Source: an uncultured Actinomycetota bacterium | Lineage (GTDB): Bacteria; Actinomycetota; UBA4738; HRBIN12 | Reading direction: 5' to 3' | Length of the DNA: 64,000 bases | NCBI GenBank assembly: GCA_963839395.1 | Contig: CAWIUW010000013.1 | Span: forward strand, 25,870-89,869 | Shown: positions 45,025-54,761 of the stretch, piece after piece | Layout of the letters: the number at the start of each line of letters is the position of its first letter | Numbering within the stretch: position 1 is the stretch's first letter | Translations under genes and position numbers: made by a program | Notes under the pieces: model-generated | What the model was told of the DNA's origin: nothing | What the model saw: only the letters and a program-made list of their open reading frames with translations | Databases searched by the model: none

Positions 45025-47226
45025 ATGACCACACTTCCCCGCTCCGTGAAGCTCCTGATCGCGACCGCCACCCTGCTCGGCGTCGCCTGCGTGGCGATCC
45101 GCGTCCCCGAGATCGCCCGCTGGCAGCTCGAAGACGCGCTCGCCGTCATCGTGATCGCCACGCTCACGATCGTCGCCGAGCGATGCTCGATCCCCTTGCG
45201 CCGCGGCTCCGAGACGGTCAACTTCGCGCTCACCGACGGCGTATGGGCCGGAGCCCTGCTTCTCGTCTCGCCGTCGATCCTGACGGTTGCGGTCCTCCTC
45301 GGCGTGGGGGTCGGTCAGGCACTGAACCGATGGAAGGTCTACAAGATCACCTACAACGTCTCCCAGTTCCTGATCGGGATCACGCTCGCGGAGATCGCGT
45401 TCTCGATCCTCGGTGCATGGGGACAGGGGCCGACCGATCCGGTGCTGTGGGCTGCGGTGCTCGCCGCGATGTACATCACGTTCGCCGTGAACACCACCGC
45501 GATCATGCTCGTGGTGTCGATGGTGGAGGGCACGCGGTTCCTCGATCTGTTCCGGCTTCCCCTGTCGATGAACGTGGTGCATTGGGTCGGGAACATGGCG
45601 CTCGGCATCCTCGGCGCGATCTTGTGGACCGCCGAGCCCGTCGCGCTGGTCTTGATGATCGCCCCGGTGGGGCTCACGTTCACGACGTACCGCCGGTGGA
45701 TCCAGAGCATCCGCGAACGAGACCAGATGCGTGATCTGTACGAAGCGGGCCGCGCCCTGTCCGGTCCGCTCGCCTCCACCGAGGACTTCGGCGGGTTCCT
45801 AAGCCTGCTCGAGAAGCTCCTGGCGGCCGACCGCGTGGAGCTCGTGGTCGTGGAAGGGAGCAGCGTCGCGGTCCACGCCTCTGCGGGCGTGCGCTACCTC
45901 ACGGTGGACGAGGCGGAGACCGCTCCCCTCGAGGCGTTCGTCGCCGTGCACTCGGGCGTCGCGCCACAGATCGCGCTCGTGGGCGACGAGGGCGACGTGC
46001 GGGGCGTGCTCGCCGTCTATCGGCCGCAGGTGCTCACCGCGCCCGAGCGTCTCCTCCTCGATGGGCTCGCGAACCAGATCGCGGCCCGGCTCCAGGACCA
46101 CCGGCTGTTCGGCAAGACGCTGGAGCGCGCGCGCCTGTCGGAGATCGTGTCGCACACATCCGATGGCGTGTTCACGGTCGACACCCTCGGGCGGATCGCC
46201 ACCTGGAACCCGGCGATGCAGGCCCTCACGGGGTACACCGAGGTCGAGGCACTTGGACGGCCGTGCCACGACCTCCTTGGGCTCGCTCGGGACACGGTCT
46301 TCTCCGACGGTGCCGCCGGAGACGGCGAGGCGAGAGACACGGAGATCCGGACGTGCGACGGGACGAAGAAGGACGTGCGCCTGCGGACGAGCGTGATCCG
46401 CGACGACGAGGAGGCGCCGCCCGCGCGGATCGTCGTCGTTCGCGACGCGAGCGAGGAGACCCGCGCCGAGCAGATCAAGCGCGACTTCGTCTCGATGGTG
46501 TCGCACGAGCTGCGGACGCCATTGACGCCGCTGAAAGGGTTCTTGATGAGTCTCGTCGAAGGCACGGTCGAGGACTCTCCCGAGCGGCGAGAGGAGTACT
46601 ACCGGATCATGCTCCGCCAGGCGCAGCGCCTGGAACGGACCGTGAGCGACATGCTCGACGTGTCGACGATCGAGGCCGGCGGTCTGGTCATCGATCTCCA
46701 ACCGGTGCCTCTGGACCACGTGCTGGGACGCCTGGTGAAAGAGTTCCAGGAGCAGCACCCCGGGCGTCGCGTCGCCGTTGGCGAGATCGGGCGGCCGGCG
46801 ATCGTCCTCGCCGACCCGTTCCGGGTGGAGCAGGTCGTGTTGAACCTGCTCTCGAACGCGGACAAGTACACGGCTCCGGGGCTACCGATCACGGTCGGCG
46901 CCATCACGAACGGCCGCCACGTCACGATCTCCGTTTGGGACAAGGGAGAGGGCATCGCGCCGGAGCACATCGATCGGATCTTCGACCGCTTCTACCGGGT
47001 GAAGGACGAGTCCGGCTCGCGGCAGCCGGGGACGGGGCTCGGCCTCTACATCGTTCGAACGCTGGTCGAGGCGATGTCGGGGAGCATCTGGGTCGAGTCC
47101 GAGGTCGGCGTCGGCACGACGTTCTCGTTCAGCCTCCCGATCATCGAAGTCGCCCAGCTCGGAGAGGCGATCGGGGTCGATCTCGCCGCCCCAGAGTTGG
47201 TCGAGCCGCGACTGGTCAGGCGCTGA
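45025..47226 (+). CDS. Orphan 7TM-GAF-PAS histidine kinase (copy 2), 13 bp downstream of protease copy 2
   Basis: MTTLPRSVKLLIATATLLGVACVAIRVPEIARW... About 80% identical in protein to the 25648..27846 kinase across its whole length. Confidence 0.85.
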   Translation: MTTLPRSVKLLIATATLLGVACVAIRVPEIARWQLEDALAVIVIATLTIVAERCSIPLRRGSETVNFALTDGVWAGALLLVSPSILTVAVLLGVGVGQALNRWKVYKITYNVSQFLIGITLAEIAFSILGAWGQGPTDPVLWAAVLAAMYITFAVNTTAIMLVVSMVEGTRFLDLFRLPLSMNVVHWVGNMALGILGAILWTAEPVALVLMIAPVGLTFTTYRRWIQSIRERDQMRDLYEAGRALSGPLASTEDFGGFLSLLEKLLAADRVELVVVEGSSVAVHASAGVRYLTVDEAETAPLEAFVAVHSGVAPQIALVGDEGDVRGVLAVYRPQVLTAPERLLLDGLANQIAARLQDHRLFGKTLERARLSEIVSHTSDGVFTVDTLGRIATWNPAMQALTGYTEVEALGRPCHDLLGLARDTVFSDGAAGDGEARDTEIRTCDGTKKDVRLRTSVIRDDEEAPPARIVVVRDASEETRAEQIKRDFVSMVSHELRTPLTPLKGFLMSLVEGTVEDSPERREEYYRIMLRQAQRLERTVSDMLDVSTIEAGGLVIDLQPVPLDHVLGRLVKEFQEQHPGRRVAVGEIGRPAIVLADPFRVEQVVLNLLSNADKYTAPGLPITVGAITNGRHVTISVWDKGEGIAPEHIDRIFDRFYRVKDESGSRQPGTGLGLYIVRTLVEAMSGSIWVESEVGVGTTFSFSLPIIEVAQLGEAIGVDLAAPELVEPRLVRR

Positions 47227-47338
47227 GCAGCTCCTCGCTCGTTCGATCGACCATCCGCATCCTCTCTCGAGGACGGTCAACGATAGCCTCGCGGGCACCC
47301 GGCCGGAAGCTGAGACCGACCGGCGGGAGATCGGATGA

Positions 47339-47809
47339 TCAGCGAGCGCGATCGGGTGGATCGTCCAGCCCGTAGAGCCGGCGACCGGCAGCAGACATGC
47401 GGGCGGCCTCAGCGGGACTGATCAACCGCAACGGATCGTTCGACGCTTGCTTGCGTTTGCGGCGAAGAAGGCCGCGTCCCTTGGCTTCGGGCTCCGGTGC
47501 CGGAGGCCTCGGAACCGACGAGTGTCGCGCGTAGGCGGGCCTCACCATCAGCGCCTTGGTGCCATCTGCGCCGACCGCGTGCTCCTGTGCGCCAGATTCC
47601 ACGGGCCCCGACAGGCCGGTGTGGGATGGGAGTGTCTCATCGGCCGGTGGCGTGTACGGCGTGGTGCCAGTTCGAGCAGCCACGAGCCATCGTTCCTCGA
47701 GGTCCCGGCGATGGAACTCGGCCGCGAACCGATCCGCGCCCCACTTGATCGCCCGCTGCTGCGCGTATCGCAGCAGGGCAGTCTCGACGAGCTCCTCCTC
47801 GGTCTGCAC
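47339..47809 (-). CDS. Hypothetical protein (156 aa, GTG start)
   Basis: High GC3 in frame. MQTEEELVETALLRYAQQRAIKWGADRFAAEF.... No domain recognised. Confidence 0.35.
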   Translation of the reverse strand: MQTEEELVETALLRYAQQRAIKWGADRFAAEFHRRDLEERWLVAARTGTTPYTPPADETLPSHTGLSGPVESGAQEHAVGADGTKALMVRPAYARHSSVPRPPAPEPEAKGRGLLRRKRKQASNDPLRLISPAEAARMSAAGRRLYGLDDPPDRAR

Positions 47810-48066
47810 GGGCTATGTATCGGCATCCCGACATCCAGAACTTCAGTTCGTAGCCCTCACCGACGGGAGGAACGGAGGACGGGTGAGACAGCGGAGGGCC
47901 GCCGACCAGCGGATCCTCGCGGTTTCGGACCAGAGAAGGGGCGGGTCTCACGCCCCTGCAGTAGGCGCCCTGTGGGGGTTGCACCGGTCATCCGAAGCTC
48001 CGAGGATTGCGAAGGTAGTTCCGATCGATGCCGAACCCCCGAGGAGGCATCACGCGCACGCGCACG

Positions 48067-48573
48067 ATGGTTATCGCAGGCACGGGAGCTGCCGCCGTCG
48101 TCTACCTGTTCGAGCCGCACGGGGGAAAGGCGAGGCGCGAGCGCATCCGTGCCTCGATCCGGCCGCTCACGCGTACGCGAACCGTCCCGGTGGAACCGAT
48201 GTCTGCACCAACGCCCGAGGCGTCCCGCGAGGAGCCGATCGCCGAGCCGGCCCGGGCGCCGTTCAGGGACGAGCCCATGCCCGTGGCGAGCCCGAGCGCC
48301 GGCGTAGACGACGCCACGATCATCCGCGGCGTCAGGACGAAGCTCCAGGAACGGCGCGACCTCAGGACCGACGATCTCGTGGTGGACGTGGTCAACGGCG
48401 TGGCGTACCTCTCGGGCGACCTGCATGACCGACAGACGTTCGGCGAGGTCGTCGACCTTGCCGCGGAGGTCCCCGGCGTCCGCCGGGTGCAGAGCCTGCT
48501 GCACCTCCCGAAAAGCGAGACGATCTCAAGGAAGATCTCCGGTCAGCGAGCCGACGAGGATCGCCGAACGTGA
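48067..48573 (+). CDS. BON-domain protein with N-terminal TM anchor (OsmY-like)
   Basis: TM MVIAGTGAAAVVYLF. BON DLVVDVVNGVAYLSGDLHDRQTFGEVVDLAAEVPGVRRVQSLL. The ORF track starts at 48028. Confidence 0.6.
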   Translation: MVIAGTGAAAVVYLFEPHGGKARRERIRASIRPLTRTRTVPVEPMSAPTPEASREEPIAEPARAPFRDEPMPVASPSAGVDDATIIRGVRTKLQERRDLRTDDLVVDVVNGVAYLSGDLHDRQTFGEVVDLAAEVPGVRRVQSLLHLPKSETISRKISGQRADEDRRT

Positions 48574-48588
48574 AGCGTCTCCGAGCGG

Positions 48589-48864
48589 TCAGGATCCGCT
48601 CGGGTGGTGGATCGGCTCCTCGTGCTCGATCAACGCGCTGATCACAGAGCCCTCCTCCGCCAAGCCCGCATGTCCGGAGGTCTGGGCGATCACCGTGAGC
48701 AGGGCGCCGAGCGCCGCCTGGGCGTTGGGAGCGTCGATCCTGGCGATGAAGCGAGGATCCCCGCTCTCGGGATCGCGCGCCGCCTCCACCTCGTCGACGA
48801 TCGCGTAGGTGTTCGCGAGCACCGGGATCTCGTGCAGGGCTTCGTCATCGACATCCGCCCGCAT
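48589..48864 (-). CDS. Hypothetical small protein (about 91 aa)
   Basis: GC3 is 100% from about 48840 downward (ALHEIPVLANTYAIVDEVEAARDPESGDPRFIARIDAPNAQAALGALLTV...). No confident family. Confidence 0.4.
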   Translation of the reverse strand: MRADVDDEALHEIPVLANTYAIVDEVEAARDPESGDPRFIARIDAPNAQAALGALLTVIAQTSGHAGLAEEGSVISALIEHEEPIHHPSGS

Positions 48865-48937
48865 GCGAAGGTCAAGCCGATACCACATCGATCTGCGCAC
48901 CGTAGCGCGGCGCGGCGATCCCGTACAGCTGGACGGC

Positions 48938-49432
48938 TCATCCCTCCTCGAGCTCGTCGCGGAGCGCCGAGAGCCATTCGATCGCGATCCGGTCCTGCGG
49001 GCGGTCGGCGGCGCGCTTCATGCGGATCAGGTCGTCGAGAGAGGCCACTCGGACGACGAGCCCGTCGAGGTCCTCGTCGGTGGCCGACGCATCGAGGTCG
49101 GCGAACCCATCGGTCCCGGCCGGCGTGCCCAAGCAGTCCACCGGACCCGCATCGGTCATGAACGTGAAGTGATCACCCGCCTCGAGCGTTCGGCCGTCGA
49201 GGAGGAACGGAACGTCGAGGGAGACTCCACGGAGACGGGCATGGAGGCCCCGGAGAGCTGCGGCGAGACGCTCGAGGTTCCCGCGATCGCGGGCATGGCA
49301 GATGTCGACGTCGCCCGTCATCATCGGCGAGCCGCGGAGCGCCGCCGCGTAGCCGCCTATCAGCACGAACCGTACGCCGTGCTCGACGAGCGCCCGGAGC
49401 CCGGCGATGGGGTCGAAGGCAGGCTCGCTCAA
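48938..49432 (-). CDS. Minimal nucleotidyltransferase-fold protein (toxin-like, MenT/AbiEii-type NTase), about 165 aa
   Basis: NTase motif VLIGGYAAALRGSPMMTGDVDI (GG...G..T.D.D). C-terminal ...DDLIRMKRAADRPQDRIAIEWL. The TTG start at 49430-49432 overlaps the TGA of the upstream HTH gene (TTGA coupling). Confidence 0.6.
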   Translation of the reverse strand: MSEPAFDPIAGLRALVEHGVRFVLIGGYAAALRGSPMMTGDVDICHARDRGNLERLAAALRGLHARLRGVSLDVPFLLDGRTLEAGDHFTFMTDAGPVDCLGTPAGTDGFADLDASATDEDLDGLVVRVASLDDLIRMKRAADRPQDRIAIEWLSALRDELEEG

Positions 49433-49746
49433 GGGCGGACCTCGCGACGGCGGACGCTCCGGGTGCGGTTCCATTCTCTGGCGGTGAGCCGCCCGCGCTC
49501 GACCGGTGTGAGGCGCAGCCGCTCCCGGATCAGCGTCCGGTCCACGCCGTGGCCCGGTCGCTCCACCAGCGCGAGGGCCAGGCCACACGGCCGGAGCAAG
49601 ACGTCGAGCGTGTCGAGCCGTGGGGACACGTGATCGCGCTCGATCCGTGATACGGCCGGCTGGGGCACGCCCGCCGCGCGCGCGAGCTCGCGCTGCGTGA
49701 GCCCTGCCCTCCGCCGAGCCTCGCGCAAGACGGTCCCGGCTCTCAT
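49429..49746 (-). CDS. XRE-family helix-turn-helix transcriptional regulator (antitoxin-like)
   Basis: LREARRRAGLTQRELARAAGVPQPAVSRIERDHVSPRLDTLDVLL. Confidence 0.75.
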   Translation of the reverse strand: MRAGTVLREARRRAGLTQRELARAAGVPQPAVSRIERDHVSPRLDTLDVLLRPCGLALALVERPGHGVDRTLIRERLRLTPVERGRLTAREWNRTRSVRRREVRP

Positions 49747-49747
49747 G

Positions 49748-49779
49748 CTGCTATGATAACAGATTCGTTATCAGCAGAC
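49748..49779. promoter_or_regulatory. AT-rich palindromic operator TGATAAC-N6-GTTATCA (extended GCTGCTATGATAACAGATTCGTTATCAGCAGA), immediately 5' of the HTH gene start and inside the divergent promoter shared with the UvrD-like gene
   Basis: Perfect 7-bp arms at 49754-49760 and 49767-49773 in a background that is otherwise above 70% GC. It begins 8 nt upstream of the ATG at 49744-49746. Confidence 0.6.
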
Positions 49780-49820
49780 GCTCGCGCAGAAGCCCGGAGG
49801 CACGATGCTAGGGTCCGCTC

Positions 49821-51754
49821 GTGCGCGACCTGGACGGCATCCTCGCCGGGCTGAACGATCCCCAGCGCGAAGCCGCCCTCGCGCTTCGCGGCCCGGTCGC
49901 GATCCTGGCGGGTGCCGGCACCGGCAAGACCACCACGATCACGCATCGCATCGCCTGCCAGGTCCGGAGCGGCTCGTTCAAGACATCGCAGATCCTCGCG
50001 GTCACGTTCACGGAGAAGGCCGCCGGGGAGCTCAAGCGGCGGCTCGCGGCGCTCGGCGTCGACGGCGTCGAGGCGCGCACGTTCCACTCGGCCGCGCTCT
50101 CACAGCTGTCGCGGCTCTGGCAGACGCATACCGGCGAGCCCCTCCCCCAGGTGCTCGATCACAAGGCGCCGCTGATCGCCTCGCTCGCGAACGCGCTGCC
50201 CCCGCCCCACAAGTTCCTCCCCCGCCGCGAGCTCGCCGGCGAGATCGAGTGGGCGAAGAACCGGATGATCCCGCCGGACCGGTACCTCGCCGACCTCGAG
50301 CCCAACCATCACGAGCCGCCGATCCCACCGGAGCTGATGCTGCGGATCTACGAGGGGTACGAGCGGCGCAAGCGCACGATGGGGCGCCTCGACTTCGAAG
50401 ACATGCTGGGTCTCGCTCTGCGGCTCTTCGACGAGCACCCCGAGGCTGCGGAGATCGTCCGCGCTCGCTTCCACGCCTTCACCGTCGACGAGTACCAGGA
50501 CGTGAACCCGCTCCAGGCGGGGCTGCTCGACCGATGGCTCGGCCCGCGCGACGACCTCTGCGTCGTGGGCGACGACTACCAGACGATCTACGCGTTCACC
50601 GGCGCGTCGCCCGAGCACCTGCTCGGCTTCACGCGGCGGTTCCCGAACGCGACGGTCGTGCGCCTCGAGGAGAACTACCGCTCCACGCCGGAGATCCTCG
50701 ACTTCGCGAACCGCTTGGCTCCACATCTCGGTGGGTTCCGGAAGACGCTCCGGGCGACCACGGCCTCGGGAGCGCCGCCGGTCGCGCGCGCCGCACGCGA
50801 CGAGGGCGGCGAAGTCGCGTCCGTCGTCGGGGCCGTCCGGGGACTCCACGACGAGGAGGCCGTGCCGTTCGAGGAGATCGCCGTGCTCTACCGGATCAAC
50901 GCTCGATCGGAGCCCTTCGAGGAGGCGTTCGCTTCCGCCGGCATCCCGTACCAGGTGCGCGATGGGGCGTTCCTGCGACGGCCCGGGCCACGCTCGGTCC
51001 TGCAGCGGCTGAAGCGGTTGGGCCACGACGACTCGCTCGTGCACGCGGTCACGGCGATCACCGCGGAGTTCGGGTACGACCCTGGATCGTCCCCGGACTC
51101 GGACGAAGAGGTGACGCGCCAGTCCGACCTCGCGCGGATGCGCTCGCTCGCGGCGGAGTTCGAGCGGGCGCATCCGGACGGCGACGCCGCGGCGTTCCTC
51201 GCGGAGTTGACGAACCGGTTCTCGACGGAGCACAGCGGCCGCGGCGTGAACCTGCTCACGTACCACCGCGCGAAGGGTCTCGAGTTCGACGCCGTGTTCC
51301 TCCCACGGCTGATCGACGGTGAGCTCCCGTTCCGGTCGGGCCGCGCGAAGGCCGACCCGCAGGAGGAACGCCGGCTGCTCTACGTCGGGATCACCCGCGC
51401 CCGCCGCTTCCTCTTCCTGACGTGGGCGGTCGAAGGGCGGTCGCGGCCGAGCCCGTTCCTCGAAGAGATGGGGGTCTCAGCCTCGCGGCCGTCGGGACGA
51501 GGGTCGCCCCGACCGGTGTCCGTCTCATCGGCAGGTGGCGGCGCGCTGTTCGACCGGCTGAAGGAGTGGCGACGGAAGCGAGCACAGACGGATGACGTGC
51601 CCGCCTACGTCGTGTTCCACGACCGGACGCTCGCCGAGATCGCCGACCGGAAGCCGGGAGACCGGGCAGACCTGGCCGTCGATCTCCGGCGTCGGACCGG
51701 CCAAGCTCGAGCGGTACGCCGACGAGATCCTGGAGATCGTCGGCCGGACGTGAC
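49821..51754 (+). CDS. UvrD/Rep-family DNA helicase with C-terminal HRDC domain (UvrD2-like). The HRDC is interrupted by an apparent frameshift near 51660.
   Basis: GPVAILAGAGTGKTTTITHRIA (Walker A), VDEYQDVN, YRST motifs. After ...VPAYVVFHDRTLAEIADRKP the HRDC continues in the +2 frame as ...ISGVGPAKLERYADEILEIVGRT* and ends at 51752-51754. Confidence 0.75.
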
Positions 51755-51777
51755 CGGGACGTGGAAGCGTCCTTGCC

Positions 51778-54752
51778 TCATCGCGACTCGCCGAGCCCAG
51801 CGAGCCGATCACGCACCCGCTGAGCCAGAACGAGGTGCCCCTTCCGTTCGTATCGATCGAGTGCCTGCCGGAGTGCCGCGGCTGCCTCGTCGGGCTTCCC
51901 TGCGAGGAGGAGCACCTCGGCGAGGTCGGCGTTCGCATCGCCTTGCCCGATGAGCGAGTCCGTTCCTTCGCCGATCGCGACCGCCTCACGGGCGAGCCGC
52001 TCCGCCTCGGCATGCTCGCCTCGGCGAGCAAGAACCCTGGCCCTGACCTGCCGCCACACCATCTCCTTCAGAACGTCGTCCCTCGAGCCGAGCTCCGCCG
52101 AGCGGCCGGCCCAGTGGTCGGCCTCGTCCAGCCGGTCGAGGGCGTAGTACGCCCGCGCGAGGTTCCCGGCCGCGGGCGCCAGGAAGTCTCGGTTCGCCCA
52201 TCTCCTCGTGCAGCCGGAACCCCTCTGCTCCCTGCTCGGCTGCCGCGGTGGGATCACCGGCCCAGAGCTCGAGGTCGACGGACTCGAAGGCGAGGAGGTT
52301 CGCGAGCAGGGTTCCCCCGCCCCGCTCGGACTGGTCCGCACGCGCCTCGGCGAGGATCGGCGCGGGCCTCGTCGAGACGACCGAGCATCGCCACCGTCAT
52401 GGCGCGGTAGGCACGGAGGAACTGGTCCCGCGCCGCACGCGGTTCGTTCTCGTCGAGCCACTCGAGAAGATCCGGACGCGGGGGTCGACCCGAAGTAGCG
52501 ATACGCGGCGAGGGACCCGATGCCCCCGGCCGGCAGGCCGGCCTGCCGAGCGTGCGCGAAGGCCCGTTCGGTGGCTTCCAGCGCCGCGTCCATCTGTGCG
52601 CGTACCCCCGCCACCTCGGCGAGCCCCGAGTAGGCGATGTAGAGGGCCAGATGGTCGCCGGCGGCCTCGAGCTCGGGTAAGGCCCCCTGGATGGATGCGG
52701 CAAGCTCCTCCGTCGCTCCCTCTGGCTGGAGGTTGAGACGGGACACACCCGCCATGATCCTCCCGGAGATCTCGACGACACGATCGCCCGTCGCAGCAGC
52801 CCGCTCGGCGAGAAGATCCGCTCGCCGGAGCGCTTCGTCGGTCCTGCCTGTCCAGAACAGGACCTCCCCGAGCTCCGTCTCGAGGGCGAGGTCGATCTCG
52901 TCCGGAGGCACGAGTGTCGCTGCGCGCTCGAGCAGGCTCACGGCGGCGCCGTAGTCCTGCCGGCGGGCCGCACGCTGCCCGCCTGCAACCAGGCGCCGCC
53001 GCGCCGCGGCGGCGAGGGTGCCGTCGTCGGCTGTCCCGAGCTCGGAGCGGTAGCGGCAGGCCTGTTCGAGGTGGTAGCCGAGGAGCTCGTCCAGTTCCAC
53101 GAGCTCGGTCCCGTGCTCCTCCAGCCAGGATGCGAAGCGCTCGTGGAGGTCCGCCCTGGTCGCTTTCGGGAGCGCGTCGTGGGCGGCGTCGCGGATGAGG
53201 ATGTGGCGGAAGCGGAAGCCGTCCTCGCCCGGGAACAGCGGCTTCTCCGGCCTGATCAGCTCCTTACGAACGAGCGCGGTCAGGCGCGACGTCACCTGAG
53301 TCTCCTCGGGTGAGAGCGCCTGGACGGCACCTCGGTGGAAGATCTCACCCTCGATCGCGCCCCGCTCGAGCACGCTCCGCTCGGCCGTCGGGAGCTGGTC
53401 GATACGCGCCGCGAGCAGCGCCTGCAGCGTGGGCGGCACGACCACCTGGCCGTCCGTTTCGCGGGCCACGGCGAGCATCTCCTCGATGAAGAGGGGGTTG
53501 CCGCCCGAGGCGCGAGCGATCGTGTCGCGCAGCTCGCCGGTCGATCCGCTCCGGGATGAGCTCGTCGACGTCTCCGTCGCCCAGGGGTTCGAGCCGAAGC
53601 GCCACCGGCCAGGCAGGGCGGCGCTCCGTGAGCTCCGGCCGCGCGATGCAGAAGAGCAGGATCGCTGCCCCCGAGGACAGGAGCTCGACGTGCTCGATCA
53701 GGTCGAGGAACACCTCCTCGCCCCACTGGATGTCGTCGAAGACGACCACGAGCGGCCGTTCCGCAGCGGCGTGCTCCAGCGTCTTGCGGAACGCCCACGC
53801 GATCTCTTCGGCGGATGTCGCCGCCTCCCTCTCGCCGAGCAGCGAGCCGACCGCCTCAGCGGCGGCACCTTCCGGAGGCTGCACGTGGAGCTTCTTCAGC
53901 ACCTCGACGACCGGCCAATAGGTGATCCCCTCGCCGTATGGGGGGCAGCGGCCGCGCAGGACCGTCGCCTCGATCGACGCAAGCAGCTCCGCGGCGAGCC
54001 GAGACTTGCCGACGCCTGCATCCCCCGCGACCGTGATCAGCTCGCAGCGTTCCTCGGCCCGCACGCGCTCCCATGCCTGCTGAAGCGATCGTGAGCTCGC
54101 GCTCGCGGCCTACGAAACGTTCCCCTCGCGGGCGCTCCGGCACGTCGTGCACGCGCAGCAGCCGGTAGGCGAGAACCGGCTCCGACTTGCCCTTCAGCTC
54201 GAGAGGCTCGAGCGGCTCGACGTCGGCTGCGTTGCGAACGAGCGCGAGCGTCGGTTGGCCGATCAGCACGTCTCCGGGTGGGGCCGCCTGCTCCAGCCGA
54301 GCGGCGACGTTGACGGCATCCCCGGTCGCGAGCCGCTCCTCCGTCCCCGTCACCACCTCCCCGGTCATGACGCCGATCCGTCCCTCGAGCCCGAGCTCGG
54401 GAAGCGCGTCCCGCATCTCCGCCGCCGCCCGTACCGCCCGCAGCGCGTCGTCCTCGTGCAACGCGGGCACGCCGAACACGGCCATCACCGCATCACCGAT
54501 GAACTTCTCGACGCTGCCGCCATGCCTCTCGACGATCGCCTTCATCCGGTCGAAGTAGCGCGCGAGCACCGCACGGAGGCGCTCCGGGTCGAGCGCCTCT
54601 CCTAGCGCGGTCGAACCGGTCAGGTCGCAGAAGAGGACGGTGACCGTCTTCCGCTGTTCGCGAGGGAGCGCCGCGCCGGAGGCCGCGCCGCATCGGGGGC
54701 AGAACGTGAACGCAGACTTCGACTCGTAGCCGCAGTTCACGCATGCCGGCAC
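51778..54752 (-). pseudogene. Zinc-ribbon/class III cyclase/AAA-STAND/TPR protein, paralog 2, fragmented into three frames
   Basis: 53856..54752 (MPACVNCGYESKSAFTFCPRC + cyclase VTVLFCDLTGSTALGE...). 53345..54064 (AAA: ITVAGDAGVGKSRL...VVFDDIQWGEE). 51778..53478 (TPR region). Confidence 0.75.
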
Positions 54753-54761
54753 GCGAGAAGT

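Noticed and set aside
49821-51754. UvrD-like helicase as a Gabija/defence helicase partner of the adjacent NTase
   Set aside because: It carries a C-terminal HRDC domain and the UvrD2-like housekeeping layout. It is divergently transcribed from the HTH-NTase pair, so it is most likely coincidental adjacency.
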